Notes under the pieces: model-generated | What the model was told of the DNA's origin: nothing | What the model saw: only the letters and a program-made list of their open reading frames with translations | Databases searched by the model: none | Shown: positions 1 to 10,900 of the stretch, one piece after another | Position numbering within the stretch: position 1 is the stretch's first letter | Layout of the letters: the number at the start of each line of letters is the position of its first letter | Made by a program: the position numbers and the translations under genes | Assembly (NCBI GenBank): GCA_964187785.1 | Contig: OZ076409.1 | Location: forward strand, 59,398,001-59,462,000 | Direction of reading: 5' to 3' | DNA length: 64,000 bases | From: Amphiscolops sp. MND2022 | Lineage: Eukaryota

Positions 1-529
1 TACCAGAAATGGTGATGGAGAAGTGTCAAACCATCTCGTTATGGCCCGAACCAAAAGTGAGGAAAAAGCGCTAACCGAAAAATCTCCGAAGAAGAAAAAT
101 CCGAAAGAGAAGAGAGCAGCACCGAAAATCGGAGACAACATCACTCCAAAAAACCGCCATTGCCTCAGAGGAGTCGACGGCAAGTATATACAATGGAATG
201 AAATCCTGCGAGACGTACTCAACGGAAAGCTAAAAATCATTCCGAACCCGAAGACCGGATCAGACTCGGAAAGCGAGGAAGGCGAGATAGATGAGGACGA
301 GAGCGATTTCGAAAATCACGATACCTCCGAAAAAGACGGCCGCTACCAACCCATAACAACATCCCCCGAGGATGAATTGAACCTGCATACCGACGGCGAA
401 CTAAACACCGGTGAGACAAAATTTAAAATTAATACAACCGAGAATGAAGGAATAAGACGGTCAAACCGTGAAAGTAAACAACCGAATAGATACGGGGGAG
501 TCACATATACAAAACACTTTTGGACATAA
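1..529 (+). mobile_element. 3' tail of an LTR-retrotransposon pol ORF (5'-truncated by the window edge)
   Basis: Open, low-complexity acidic/basic ORF ending in RRSNRESKQPNRYG, the RRSxRxxKxPxRY-type tail common after Ty3/Gypsy integrases; followed by a purine tract and a candidate LTR. Confidence 0.55.
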
Positions 530-680
530 ATTTAATATATAAATCTTTTACAGGCGAACAGTGGAACACCAGAAAAGAGCCCCCGAAACCATTGACGAAA
601 CCAGCAGATTTCATCCGGGAGAAAACACCGACCCCGGGACCATCGAAACAGTAAGCAGAAGAAGCATAGAGGAGAGGGAA

Positions 681-894
681 TGTTATACGGTGCAATACCG
701 AACCGATTCCTTCGGTTGACAATGTCAATCAAACTTTGATCTTACATAGCCCTAAATGAGATTTATGTTTATATATATTTGTAAACATTGTGCTAGATCT
801 TTCGTGCTAGAAATACATCATTTAGTTACCATTGAAACTAGAGAAAAGATCGTTTTGACATTGCTTTCTGTTCAAAGACATATTTTACAAAACA
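681..894 (+). repeat. Candidate 3' LTR of the element at the left edge
   Basis: Purine tract AGAGGAGAGGGAA (668-680) directly before TGTT..., and ...AACA at 891-894; the partner LTR is outside the window. Confidence 0.45.
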
Positions 895-1277
895 TCGTTT
901 TTTACTACCTAACCAAGCGATAGAACAATAACTCCCCATATACACCTTGTTTCTTATCCCCCCAACAAGTTGTTTCGACACTTAAAGCAAACATTTCCAT
1001 TACCAAAGGAGTTTTTGATAATTTTCTGACAAAAAAGCAAAAATTTCCACTGGAGCAAGCTTGAATTGTATTGTGAAGCCCCTGTAAGTAGTTCCACCGG
1101 TAGGACTGAAAATATACCATTGCTTAAAAAGCGTCTTGATGAGTTGATTGAATGCAATTAACTTTTTGACTCAATTTTGGTGTCAAAAGGAAACTTGTTT
1201 TTAAGATCTCATTTTTATAATTAAGTAATTGTATAATTCAAATGATATCTTTTGGTGAACGCTGTTATTTTAATCAA

Positions 1278-1364
1278 TACGACGAAATTTCCGACGACGA
1301 ATTTTCTGACGACGAAATTTCTGGATTTGCTAATACGACGAAATTTCTTACGACGAAATTTCCG
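1278..1364. repeat. Short tandem array of ~15-bp ACGACGAAATTTC(Y) units
   Basis: Five copies visible, with one interruption. Confidence 0.85.
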
Positions 1365-1883
1365 CCTCCCATCAAAAAGTATTTCCAAGGCGTCCGTCAA
1401 GGTACTTGGATGTTTTTAGTTTTCTTGTGTATTAATAAAACGGTTCTTCTAAAACTCAAGCGTAGCTAAACACGTTTCGCATTAAAGCGTTCAAATTTTG
1501 CGTTAAAATTTCATGAATAAAAATTGGCATTTTTGGCTTATGAGCACATTTTAAAAAATAAATTCAGGTTTCTTCCCTTCAAAAGTAACTTATTCAAAGG
1601 ATCGATGGATTTGTTGTTAAACGCTGTGGACATTCTAGCCGACAAAAACAATCAAAAGCTGTGCAGTTATGTCATTTTCATCATTTTTGAATTTTTCAAA
1701 TCAACTATCTAAAAAAATCATCACTAGTTTTGAAATTTACTGGTTTATATCTGTTAATTTATTGTTTTTCCGTAGAGTTTCACGGTTTACGGATATCTAA
1801 TGGAAACAGATGATGAAAAACAACAAATTCCTTCAATTATTGATCATTAGGAGGTTTGATTCTAGTACATTTGAGAAAGAAAG

Positions 1884-2598
1884 TGTAACGATAAGCGCTG
1901 GCGCTTGAACCGCAACGTAGAGTGGAGGAACTAGAACAGCGAATATAATCCGGGACTTAGATCTCCGCGGCCCTAGCTCATTTTCCCTCCGAAGGAGCCA
2001 GTCCCAAGGTGGGGGAACCGTCTTGTTGGAAACTCTCTGGCCTGGTCCTAGTCTGTAACTGCTAAAAGTAACGGGCATCTTGCATGTCTCAAGACCACTG
2101 CTCAATTAGCCTTTAAAAAAGGGACTGAAAACAGGAGGATGTTGAGCCATAATATTGGAGAATCTGATAAAATCGACATCAAAAAGGGGTAACCATAGAT
2201 GTAAATGGGCAGCTCTCGAGCATATCAATCTACTACAACAAGGAAAGCACAATAGACATAACAATATCACAAGTTCGAGTTATTTAACAGGAGCGAATCG
2301 ACCATGGCTTCCCAGCGCTAGCGCTCGTCACTGCACCGGACACCGCAGGATCTTCAGGCGAACATCTGGAACACCGGTTTCTGTTACCTACGTAGTGTAA
2401 ACGCCAAAGATGGGCACATCACCGTGTTCTAGGGACTGCTTTCTACGTCTTCTCTTCTCGTCGTCTCTCGCGGGGGGCGATTTCTGATTTCTGATCTGCT
2501 TTTCTGACAGGTCTTTCGTCTGGAGCATGTTTGAGTGCCACGTCAGATTTGAACGAATTTTTGCTTCGAAAATTTTGACATGGGCAGTTGCCGTTACA
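1884..2598 (-). repeat. 3' LTR (715 bp)
   Basis: TGTAACG...CGTTACA; matches 30874-31588 except for 3 substitutions seen by eye. Confidence 0.97.
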
Positions 2599-2610
2599 TC
2601 ACTCCCCGGG
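2599..2610 (-). promoter_or_regulatory. Polypurine tract
   Basis: Minus strand reads CCCGGGGAGTGA immediately before the 3' LTR TG. Confidence 0.7.
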
Positions 2611-3371
2611 CTTCTGGCTTGTCGTCCCTGGCAAGCGGCATCTGGCCTCGTCTGGAAACGGCATCGCAGTGACTGCTGGGAACCATCATCCACACCACAG
2701 GGGACAAGGACGAGTCCTTGTTTTTCAGCAACTATTTTTGGCAAATTTCGCGGTTTTTTTCAAGGAAAATTTTACTGCCTAGTATTTTTTACAAAAATGC
2801 AAACGAGGTTTTAGCACCAGCTCGAGAGCTAAGGTTTTCAGTCGGTTAAAACTCGTTTGGGCAAGCAGTTTTCGCTAAAAATATCTTTTGCGACCAAGGT
2901 CAGCTAAAATCTCCTTTTTTATGCAACTTGACATTTACAGTTTTCGGTCAATTTCGGACAACGTAAAACTTGTTTTGGGAGGGCGCCGTTTCGGTTACTC
3001 CTTAGACAGTCGATAGAAGATGCTTGAACACCAAAACACAAGGAAAAACGGCAAAAATCGTAACTAAAAGGCTAAGACTTTTTCTTGACTACGGCAACTC
3101 AAAAACACCGCGAACGGTGCGCAACAGAAATAACAGTTTTTCTTTGGTAATAGATTCTTTTTTACTTTCGTAGGCGAAGCAGCTGGGGCAGGCGCACTCT
3201 ATTGGCCATACACCCAGCGCATTACTAACAGTACAGTAACTAAGTAATAACTATGAACAAAAAATTGCACCATGTACGGGTAGCACCGGTTAAAGCGATA
3301 AGTTTGAAGGCACAGTTTCGGCAGAGTTTAGAGTCTATAGGGAGCGCGAACGCTCCCATTGGCGGCAGGGT

Positions 3372-6300
3372 TTATTGGGCTGAGCTGCGTCGAGCTCGAT
3401 TCTTTATGGCATCATCGGGAGTTCCTGGATTGCTGGCATCTTTCGACGCAACTGACGCTCTACGTTGAGCAGGAACCACAGTAACTACTGTTTCCGAGTC
3501 TGATAGGTCTTCTGGGAGCGTTAAATCGGCGATCGGCTGCACCAGGATAGTGTTAGGGGTCAGTTCAGCGGCGTGTTTTCCGGTTTGGGGTTGCGATGAC
3601 TGAGGACTGGCCTGTGTCGATGGTGGACTCACAGGCTCTGGCTGCAGAATATGAGTGGGCAAATCCAGAGTCACGGGCCGGTCGATGGGCTGACTTAGTG
3701 ACATGGCCATTGTGGGTGCCAGCATGGCAGGCGCGAACGCCTGTTGTCTCTCGAGTTCAGCTCTACTCTCCACGGCCAAGGATATTCGTTTGGAGACCCA
3801 GCCAGGCTGACTCCAGAGCTCGCAAGCTCGCTTCCATTTTGGGAAGCTGGCAATCTCCAGCTCCAAGCAATGTCCTTCCCACTCTGCGCGGGCTTCGGGG
3901 CCTAGCACGGAATTGATCTCGTCGTGTTGGACGGTGGACATATCCCCTGACATTGTCATCTTGGCCTGCGGTCGCCAGGCAGCTTTTCTAGGGAACGGAG
4001 TTACGCGACTTTGCAGATTCCTCTGACGAGTCTGAGCTGCTCCTTCTATCCAGTTTGGGATCTGAGCCAATTCCATATACTGGATTTGTCGATTGAAAGC
4101 TTCAGGGGCGCGACCAACGGGTTTTGCTCTGGGCCATCCCAGTGGCTCCTTCCAATAGTGATTTGGGAAGGTGATGCATTTGAAGGCGTACAGGGGATCT
4201 ATTGGTGGACCAGCACTAGTGCTGGCACGGATCACCTTGCGTATGAACTCCTGCGACCAAGGGAATCTAAAGGGGACTCCATTCAGGCTGAGAGGCGCGG
4301 AGTACCAGTTGACTGGGCCGTATTCTCGTGGCAAAGGGCACGCCTTTCGTGTGCGGGCACGCAATAGACCCATCAAATTCTCTTCCAGCTGTTTCTCCGA
4401 CTTCAAGGTGGTGTACCCATGCGGCATCTCGCCACTCAATACAGCCTGCACGATTCGCTGATAGGTCAGTGGGGGGCGTCCTTGGAGATAGGTGCAGAAG
4501 GAGACCATATGCACCTGTACTGCTCTCGCCAATGGTTTGGTGGGATACCGGCACACACCGACCGCACCGAAGATTGGAGCCAGGACGGAAGCCATAACGG
4601 CCACGAAGTCCTCCACTTCGGCCAGAGTCAAATCGGCGATTTGCTGAGGCATGGGGAATCCCGCCGTTTCCGCAGGGAGTTGACGCTCGGAATGGTGGAG
4701 GGGTTGCGATTGATCCACGCCTACGAACAAGCCAGAGGCGAACACTAGGGTGGAATACAACCAATGTTGGAGGGACGCACGCATGCGTTCCAGCTGGGTG
4801 ACATAATCTTGCTGGTCCTTGGAATTTAGGAGGTGGCCCCATCGAGTTAGGCTGCGTAGCTGTCCCTGCGCGAGGATCATGTAGCTGTAAAAGGTGACTA
4901 GATCACTGGATACTACCAACTCGACTAACATAGCCAGGGGACCTGCCACAAACTTCGTCGGGCCCATGGTTAGCGCGAGCGCTAACATCTCTCCTACAGT
5001 AGTTTCGCCGATGGTTTCCAACAATTTGTCAGTCTGCACATTGGTGAGCAAGTACTCAGAGGCTATTACGTCAATGTTCCAGCCTAGTCCGAGACTGGTA
5101 CAAAAGGCTTCCAAGGGACAGTTAAGCTCTTGAGCTACCTCGGCCAAGGTCCTGTCCACGAATCTGGACTGATACCATTCGGCATACGTTATTCCGGCGG
5201 CATCTACTTCAGTCTTCAAGTTAGTCGCCTCCATAGCCACGACGTACCTCATGCCCACGGGCAACTTGACAGGCTCTATTCCCGCGGCAAACCGAATTTG
5301 GGGAATGGTCCTTTCGACCGTGCGTGTGGCAGGCCAGGTTTCAATTTCCTTCACGAGCTCTGCCAGCTCTGCTCGTACGGGAATTTCTTTGTCCTTCCGC
5401 ACCAACCAGTTGTAGCGTCGAACGGCCTCTCGCTCACTCATGTTAGATGCTCGCATGACGCGATTCCCGTCCAAGTCGAAGGCCATTCGCCCCATACACA
5501 TTCCATGGTCGAACAGTACGGCGTCGTCGATAGTCAGTTGTGCATTTCCCGAGCGTTCCACAGTGATTAGCACTCTTGATACGGCAGCAAAGAAGGCGGG
5601 GTATGACAATGCATCGGGGCGTAGGTCTCCGCGATCAACCCGGAGGTTTGGCGCACAAATAGCAAACTCGATTCGGCGCGCCTTACATACCTCAGACAAG
5701 ATGTACACAAATTGCTGCAAGCTTCGTTGCCAATACATGAATCCCGGCGGGGATGTGAAGAGCGCGAGCGCTCCCAGACGACCCCGAAAGATCCCTGCTG
5801 CACGCTCCATTGCGTCTGCAACCACGTTTACTAAGGTCGCCACATTCCCAGGTCTACGGGTATCTGCCATGAGGGCATCCAGGTTGTGTAGCAGTCCTTC
5901 ACAAGCCATGTGGTCGATCAAGTTGGTGAAGACTACACGTCGCGGGGGCGGCTCTCTTAGGGACCCTCTCAGGTTTGGGTCGTACATAACCGCGACCATC
6001 TCTGCGACCTCGGCGAAGCGGGAGAGTGGCATTGTTAACACCAGCACATCGGGCAGAAGGTTATCGATGGGCAGATCACTCTTGAGTGTCGAATCTACTG
6101 CCACACAATAGCGCGCACGCTGCAGAGCTGCTTTCAAGAGGGGCTTCATTGACCTGATATTGCGAGCGTAGCGGGCGTTTGCTTCCCAGGTTTCTCCTTC
6201 GTGCAATATGTACCTAGCGGGAAATTGCTCGGTGAGGTCATGCTGCAGGCGAGCCATGTAGTTGTTGGGTGTGGCGGGCAGTTGCTCTCGAGCACGCTGT

Positions 6301-7652
6301 TCCCAGGCTTGCTCACTTAGGTCCGCATCACGGGCACGTAGCGATCGAGTTATTTGAGCCGCAATGGTGATTCTGCTCACCTCTCTTTGCTCGGCGTCCG
6401 ACGGCGGTGCTCTCCTTCTGATCGCACATGTGTTCGGGTGCAAACACTCTGCCGCCATCCAGATGCGTTTGCTATCGCTAGTTACCACGGAGCCGGATAC
6501 ATCATCGGACGGGGGAAGAAAGGCGGGAGGACTGGTCTCTTCGACTGTCTCGGGCACCTCCAGGGACATGTTGGCAGAGCCTGTGCCCAAGGGCACAGGA
6601 TTCGTTTCAGGATTCGCATCCACACTGCCGTAGCGGTTGATGGCCTCTTCCAGGGACATTTGAGGCGCGCCTACGCCTAGGTGGCCGACGCGATATGGAG
6701 GCCTCACTACCACTACACTTTTCATTTGCGACTGGTGGGGTACATCTGCTCGCTTGTCCGGAGGGGGACGACTGGTCGGACTGTCGGTCACGGAATCATG
6801 GCGTGTAGCGACGATGTTTTCCTCAGTAAGTCGCTTCCGTCCAGTTTCCTCACGGGGATAGGTTATGGCGCCGGTGCTTGGTCCAGCCGTGGTTTCTGCT
6901 TCCATAGACACAGCTTCGGCTAGGGTGGTGGGTGGGGTGACACAGCCCGAGGGCTGAGCTGCGGCTTGCAAGTAATGTGCCAATCCGGGAATCCTTTGCT
7001 CAACTGCACGAACGAAGTCAGAGGAGTTGGGGTAGTTGGCGACAGCCTGCAGGGCCACAATCACCGCTTGCTCGCTGGCACTCCGTCCGATCAGATTTAG
7101 ATTAGGCACTGATGGCAGTTGGGACCCCGAGGGCTCCCGACTTGAGGCTGGTTGATTGGTAATGTTTTGCGTCGTCGTTGCCCGGGTTCCATATGGTGCC
7201 CCATAAGCAATCGAGCTAGAATGCGGCGTCGTCTGCACTGGATTTGGTGCCGAAATGGAAGGCAGCGATGGGACGTTGACGGGCATCATACGCAGTGATG
7301 CTTCTTGTTCGAATCTGGTGCCCTGGCTGGGGCCATGCACTGCGATTGATCTTTCGTCCAAGAACTGGTGAGTCAGGTCGTGCCCATCCCAGGCATTGTT
7401 GGTGCACGTCAAGGTGCGACGATAGCCTGCCACCTCCGTAGTGATTGACAAAGATGCATTTGGCAGCATTTGCATCGATTCAAGCTGGGTCAGTAGGGCA
7501 GCCATCCCAGCTACGGCTACTGGCGAAAGACCGTCCCGCAGCCTTTCTTCGACATATTGGGCCTGATTGACCCTCTGCGCTCGCGCAGATTCCTGGGGCC
7601 TTGCACTATTAGACCCTGTTGCAGGCGCTGAATTGTTTGGGCAATGGGCCAT
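3372..7652 (-). CDS. Extra ORF (ORF3, env position), 1426 aa, unknown function; central SGNH/GDSL-fold-like domain
   Basis: Intact ATG-to-TAA ORF between pol and the 3' LTR; low-complexity N- and C-termini; block pattern VAVDST / VLTMPLSR / RVVFTNLID / GDLRPDALSY at ~5560-6110. Confidence 0.85.
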   Translation of the reverse strand: MAHCPNNSAPATGSNSARPQESARAQRVNQAQYVEERLRDGLSPVAVAGMAALLTQLESMQMLPNASLSITTEVAGYRRTLTCTNNAWDGHDLTHQFLDERSIAVHGPSQGTRFEQEASLRMMPVNVPSLPSISAPNPVQTTPHSSSIAYGAPYGTRATTTQNITNQPASSREPSGSQLPSVPNLNLIGRSASEQAVIVALQAVANYPNSSDFVRAVEQRIPGLAHYLQAAAQPSGCVTPPTTLAEAVSMEAETTAGPSTGAITYPREETGRKRLTEENIVATRHDSVTDSPTSRPPPDKRADVPHQSQMKSVVVVRPPYRVGHLGVGAPQMSLEEAINRYGSVDANPETNPVPLGTGSANMSLEVPETVEETSPPAFLPPSDDVSGSVVTSDSKRIWMAAECLHPNTCAIRRRAPPSDAEQREVSRITIAAQITRSLRARDADLSEQAWEQRAREQLPATPNNYMARLQHDLTEQFPARYILHEGETWEANARYARNIRSMKPLLKAALQRARYCVAVDSTLKSDLPIDNLLPDVLVLTMPLSRFAEVAEMVAVMYDPNLRGSLREPPPRRVVFTNLIDHMACEGLLHNLDALMADTRRPGNVATLVNVVADAMERAAGIFRGRLGALALFTSPPGFMYWQRSLQQFVYILSEVCKARRIEFAICAPNLRVDRGDLRPDALSYPAFFAAVSRVLITVERSGNAQLTIDDAVLFDHGMCMGRMAFDLDGNRVMRASNMSEREAVRRYNWLVRKDKEIPVRAELAELVKEIETWPATRTVERTIPQIRFAAGIEPVKLPVGMRYVVAMEATNLKTEVDAAGITYAEWYQSRFVDRTLAEVAQELNCPLEAFCTSLGLGWNIDVIASEYLLTNVQTDKLLETIGETTVGEMLALALTMGPTKFVAGPLAMLVELVVSSDLVTFYSYMILAQGQLRSLTRWGHLLNSKDQQDYVTQLERMRASLQHWLYSTLVFASGLFVGVDQSQPLHHSERQLPAETAGFPMPQQIADLTLAEVEDFVAVMASVLAPIFGAVGVCRYPTKPLARAVQVHMVSFCTYLQGRPPLTYQRIVQAVLSGEMPHGYTTLKSEKQLEENLMGLLRARTRKACPLPREYGPVNWYSAPLSLNGVPFRFPWSQEFIRKVIRASTSAGPPIDPLYAFKCITFPNHYWKEPLGWPRAKPVGRAPEAFNRQIQYMELAQIPNWIEGAAQTRQRNLQSRVTPFPRKAAWRPQAKMTMSGDMSTVQHDEINSVLGPEARAEWEGHCLELEIASFPKWKRACELWSQPGWVSKRISLAVESRAELERQQAFAPAMLAPTMAMSLSQPIDRPVTLDLPTHILQPEPVSPPSTQASPQSSQPQTGKHAAELTPNTILVQPIADLTLPEDLSDSETVVTVVPAQRRASVASKDASNPGTPDDAIKNRARRSSAQ

Positions 7653-7947
7653 TAATGCATAGGTCTAAAAAGGACCACTGTTAGACTTACAGGGACAAGT
7701 TCTCTCTGGAACGAGCCGTGGGTCGGTTCGTCCTTCAATTGCAGCCAGGCAACATCGGCTCCGTAAGGGGGCCACTACAAACTTAAAGTTTAACTCTAAC
7801 TAACTAACGAACTAGAACAAAACCTTTGAGTGAACAACATGACAAATTAACATCTCGAGAGCATTTCAAGACTCTTCCAAGGTTGTTACAAGAATTGTTA
7901 CAAGAACTGAGGGCAAAGGAAAAATGGGGACAACTAAAATGATAAGG

Positions 7948-10900
7948 CTACTTCAGCCCTATAGTTAATATTGATACATATACGCGGCTATGCAAAACCA
8001 CGTGAATACCAGTACCCTCGAACATGTTCGTTAGAGTATGGTACAGATTGACCAACGAGAAAGCCGGTCTCTCAGGGTCCAGAATGGGTAAGTGGACCCG
8101 TGTGGATCCTTTATCTATCAGGCGCTGTATCAAGTACGTCATGCAACGCAAGTAGTCATCTGTCAGCAGCGGTGCGCGCTGGTTAGCACGGACTATTAAC
8201 AGGTGAATACTTTGGTTAGGGTTGGGGTTCACATCAGGCGGGATAGTGAGAATCTCGCCCACTTTAGGTCGTAAGGCAAATACATCTTCTATGCCGCACT
8301 CCCGCAGCACATATCGCAGGGCGGCAGAGTTGGTCTTTAGGTCAGCAGGGCATGCTAACACTATGTCGCCCTCGGCCTGCAAGAAATCGGATTCATCGTA
8401 AGAGACGTGTTCGGCTGAATTCGGATACAGGGCTCCCGGGTAAACAATCTCTCGTCCGGGACCATTATCGGAGGGCAGACACACGTGAGGGGTACGCCCT
8501 TGGACTGCAGCCAGGTCTTGCCATACTGAGCGGGGCATCGCCCGATTGTCGCTGCCGGCCTTTACCCACACATCTAAAGTTCCCAGGGCGGCTTTGGGGA
8601 ACAAGGGGATCTCGAAGGTGTGAGTCCACTCGTCTAATAGTCGAATTCTGGGATAGGTGGCGAAACATGTGATTATTAATTCCAGCCACCACGCGAACTT
8701 CATCTTGCCTCGGTACCAGTCTATGATATGGAAGCAAAGTATTAAGTCCACAGTGGTGAGGGTCCTCAGACTCTCTAGACAGGATAACAGATTCAACGGT
8801 TCCACCATCGCCTCCACTCGTGGAGCTGTTACCAGCAGCCACCAGTGAGGAGCCGGGCTGTATACCCCTCCTGGTTCCACCTGGACTCCATACTTGTCGC
8901 ATAACAAGTCGGCATTGATGCATCGGACCATCTGCACAGGTTCCCTTTCAAAATTGAATGGCCCAAACGCAATATTGCTGGGCACAGGGGGCAACACCGT
9001 GGACAGGGTAAACTCCAGGACCTTTCCATCGCTAGTCCACTCCTTAAACCTCGGACAAGGGGCCTTCGCTACCCCGGGCAGTGACAACTTCTCCAGGATA
9101 GTGTCCACAGGGTGGTCTCCAGACCGCTCTACAGCTGAGTAGGTTTTCTCGGCCCGCACCGTGAGGCGGTACACCAAGTTTTCTCTCTCTTCCGGAGGAA
9201 CTCCCCGGGCTCCAATGGGAACCCTCCGGTTCTCATTCACAGCTAATAGGCAGACACAATCTCGCAGCCCGCAGGTTCCACACTTGTAGCGCGGCTGCCG
9301 TTTACTCCTTAGTTGATACCTAAGAGCAGTTGCAGATGCCTCTGTTAGCGTCTCTGCAGTTCTGGGAGCTTCCGTTTCGGCCTGGATCGCAGTTTCGGTT
9401 TCGGCGTTTCTCGGTGTTTCTTTCTTCCTCGTCCTTGCCTTCGCTCGGATCAGCCGTTTCTTCTGTGCCTTGGGTGGTCTCCCCCTCCCCCTTTTAAAAG
9501 AAGGAGCGGTCCCCGCTCCTGGCGAAATCTCGGGAGCTTCAGGCAGATCGGGCTGAACGTTGCTGTCGCTGCTGGCAGATTTGAGAGGAATCGGAGGGGC
9601 GGTCGGCCATATGGGATAGTTGCTAAGAAAATTGGTTAGCGAGGGATTCGTCAACAAGGATGCTGAGGTTCCTGGTAACGATGTTTCTTTTTCGGAGGAG
9701 GATATCTGTGGAGACGGTGAGCGCACGCGCTCATGGTCAGAGAACAGTTGAGGTAGTACACGGGCAGGGGATATCGACTGATCCAACGCAGTCGGAGGAG
9801 CCGCAGGCTCCACTAGATCCTCGTCAACTGGAGGTATCGGCAACATGGCATCGGATAGTTCGTCGTCTGTACCTGAGGTGGAATAGTCAAATTGCTGATA
9901 ATGCGGGCGGGAGACGCCTGCGCGAAGTTTCGTGCGTAGTCGAGTGTCCATCCAGTGACGTCGACGTGAGGGCAAAGATGCATCGGACGCTTCTGAAAGT
10001 AGTTGTTCGGGTTTATACGACGATAGAGACTTGTCGTCATCAACTACGTCGACGGAACGTTCAGGTTCGGGGTCCATAAGGACCACCACCTCACCACTGT
10101 CCGTGTGTGCAGTAGCAAGTTCAAGTGGGCCACTGTGGTGCGGTTTAAGACGCTCAAAATGAACCTTTTGACCTGTGTCTAGCACATAGACACGACCGTC
10201 CTGAAAGACTTGTACAACCTTGTGCGGGCCTCGCCAAGCACGCATCAATTTCGGGGAACCCTTTTGCGGTACGTAGCGGCAAAATACCCAGACGAGCTCG
10301 CCTACTTGGTAAGCTCGCGCTTGTATAGCACGGTCGTACTTCAACTTTTGACGCAATTGGGCTTGGTGCGTGTTACGCCGTACCAAGTCATGTATTTCCT
10401 GCTGGCGAGCCAATACATGATCGACATACGCCTCATGCGACTCGAATGATTTGGCTGCAAATTCGGGATACAAGAACGTGAGAGGGATGGCCTTCTCTAC
10501 ACCACGGGTCAGCATGTAGGGTGAGAAGCCAGTGGTGGCGTGCCTCGTAGAGTTGTAGGCGCCTATGACCTCATCAAGACATTGGTCCCAGTCGCGCATA
10601 CGGCGGGAGCAAAAAACTCGCAGTAGGGTTAACAGCGTCCGATTTTGACGCTCCACCAAGCCTTGGGTTCTCGGATGGCTAGCCGTAGAGGTTACTTTGG
10701 TAACGTGGGCTGCTTTTAGGAATTCGTTGGACACCTCAGCAGTCAAATTTGGGGCATTGTCAGACTGCATTCTAGTGGGTGTGCCATGACGGGCGAACCA
10801 CTTTTGTAACAGCAACCGAGAGGTAGTCACAGCGTCGTAGTCGTGATGACTACAGGGCACTGCTTCCGCGAACTTGGAGAAATGGTCAATTATGACCAAG

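Noticed and set aside
3372..7652. Classical retroviral/errantiviral env
   Set aside because: No evident signal peptide, fusion-protein cysteine pattern or C-terminal membrane anchor.
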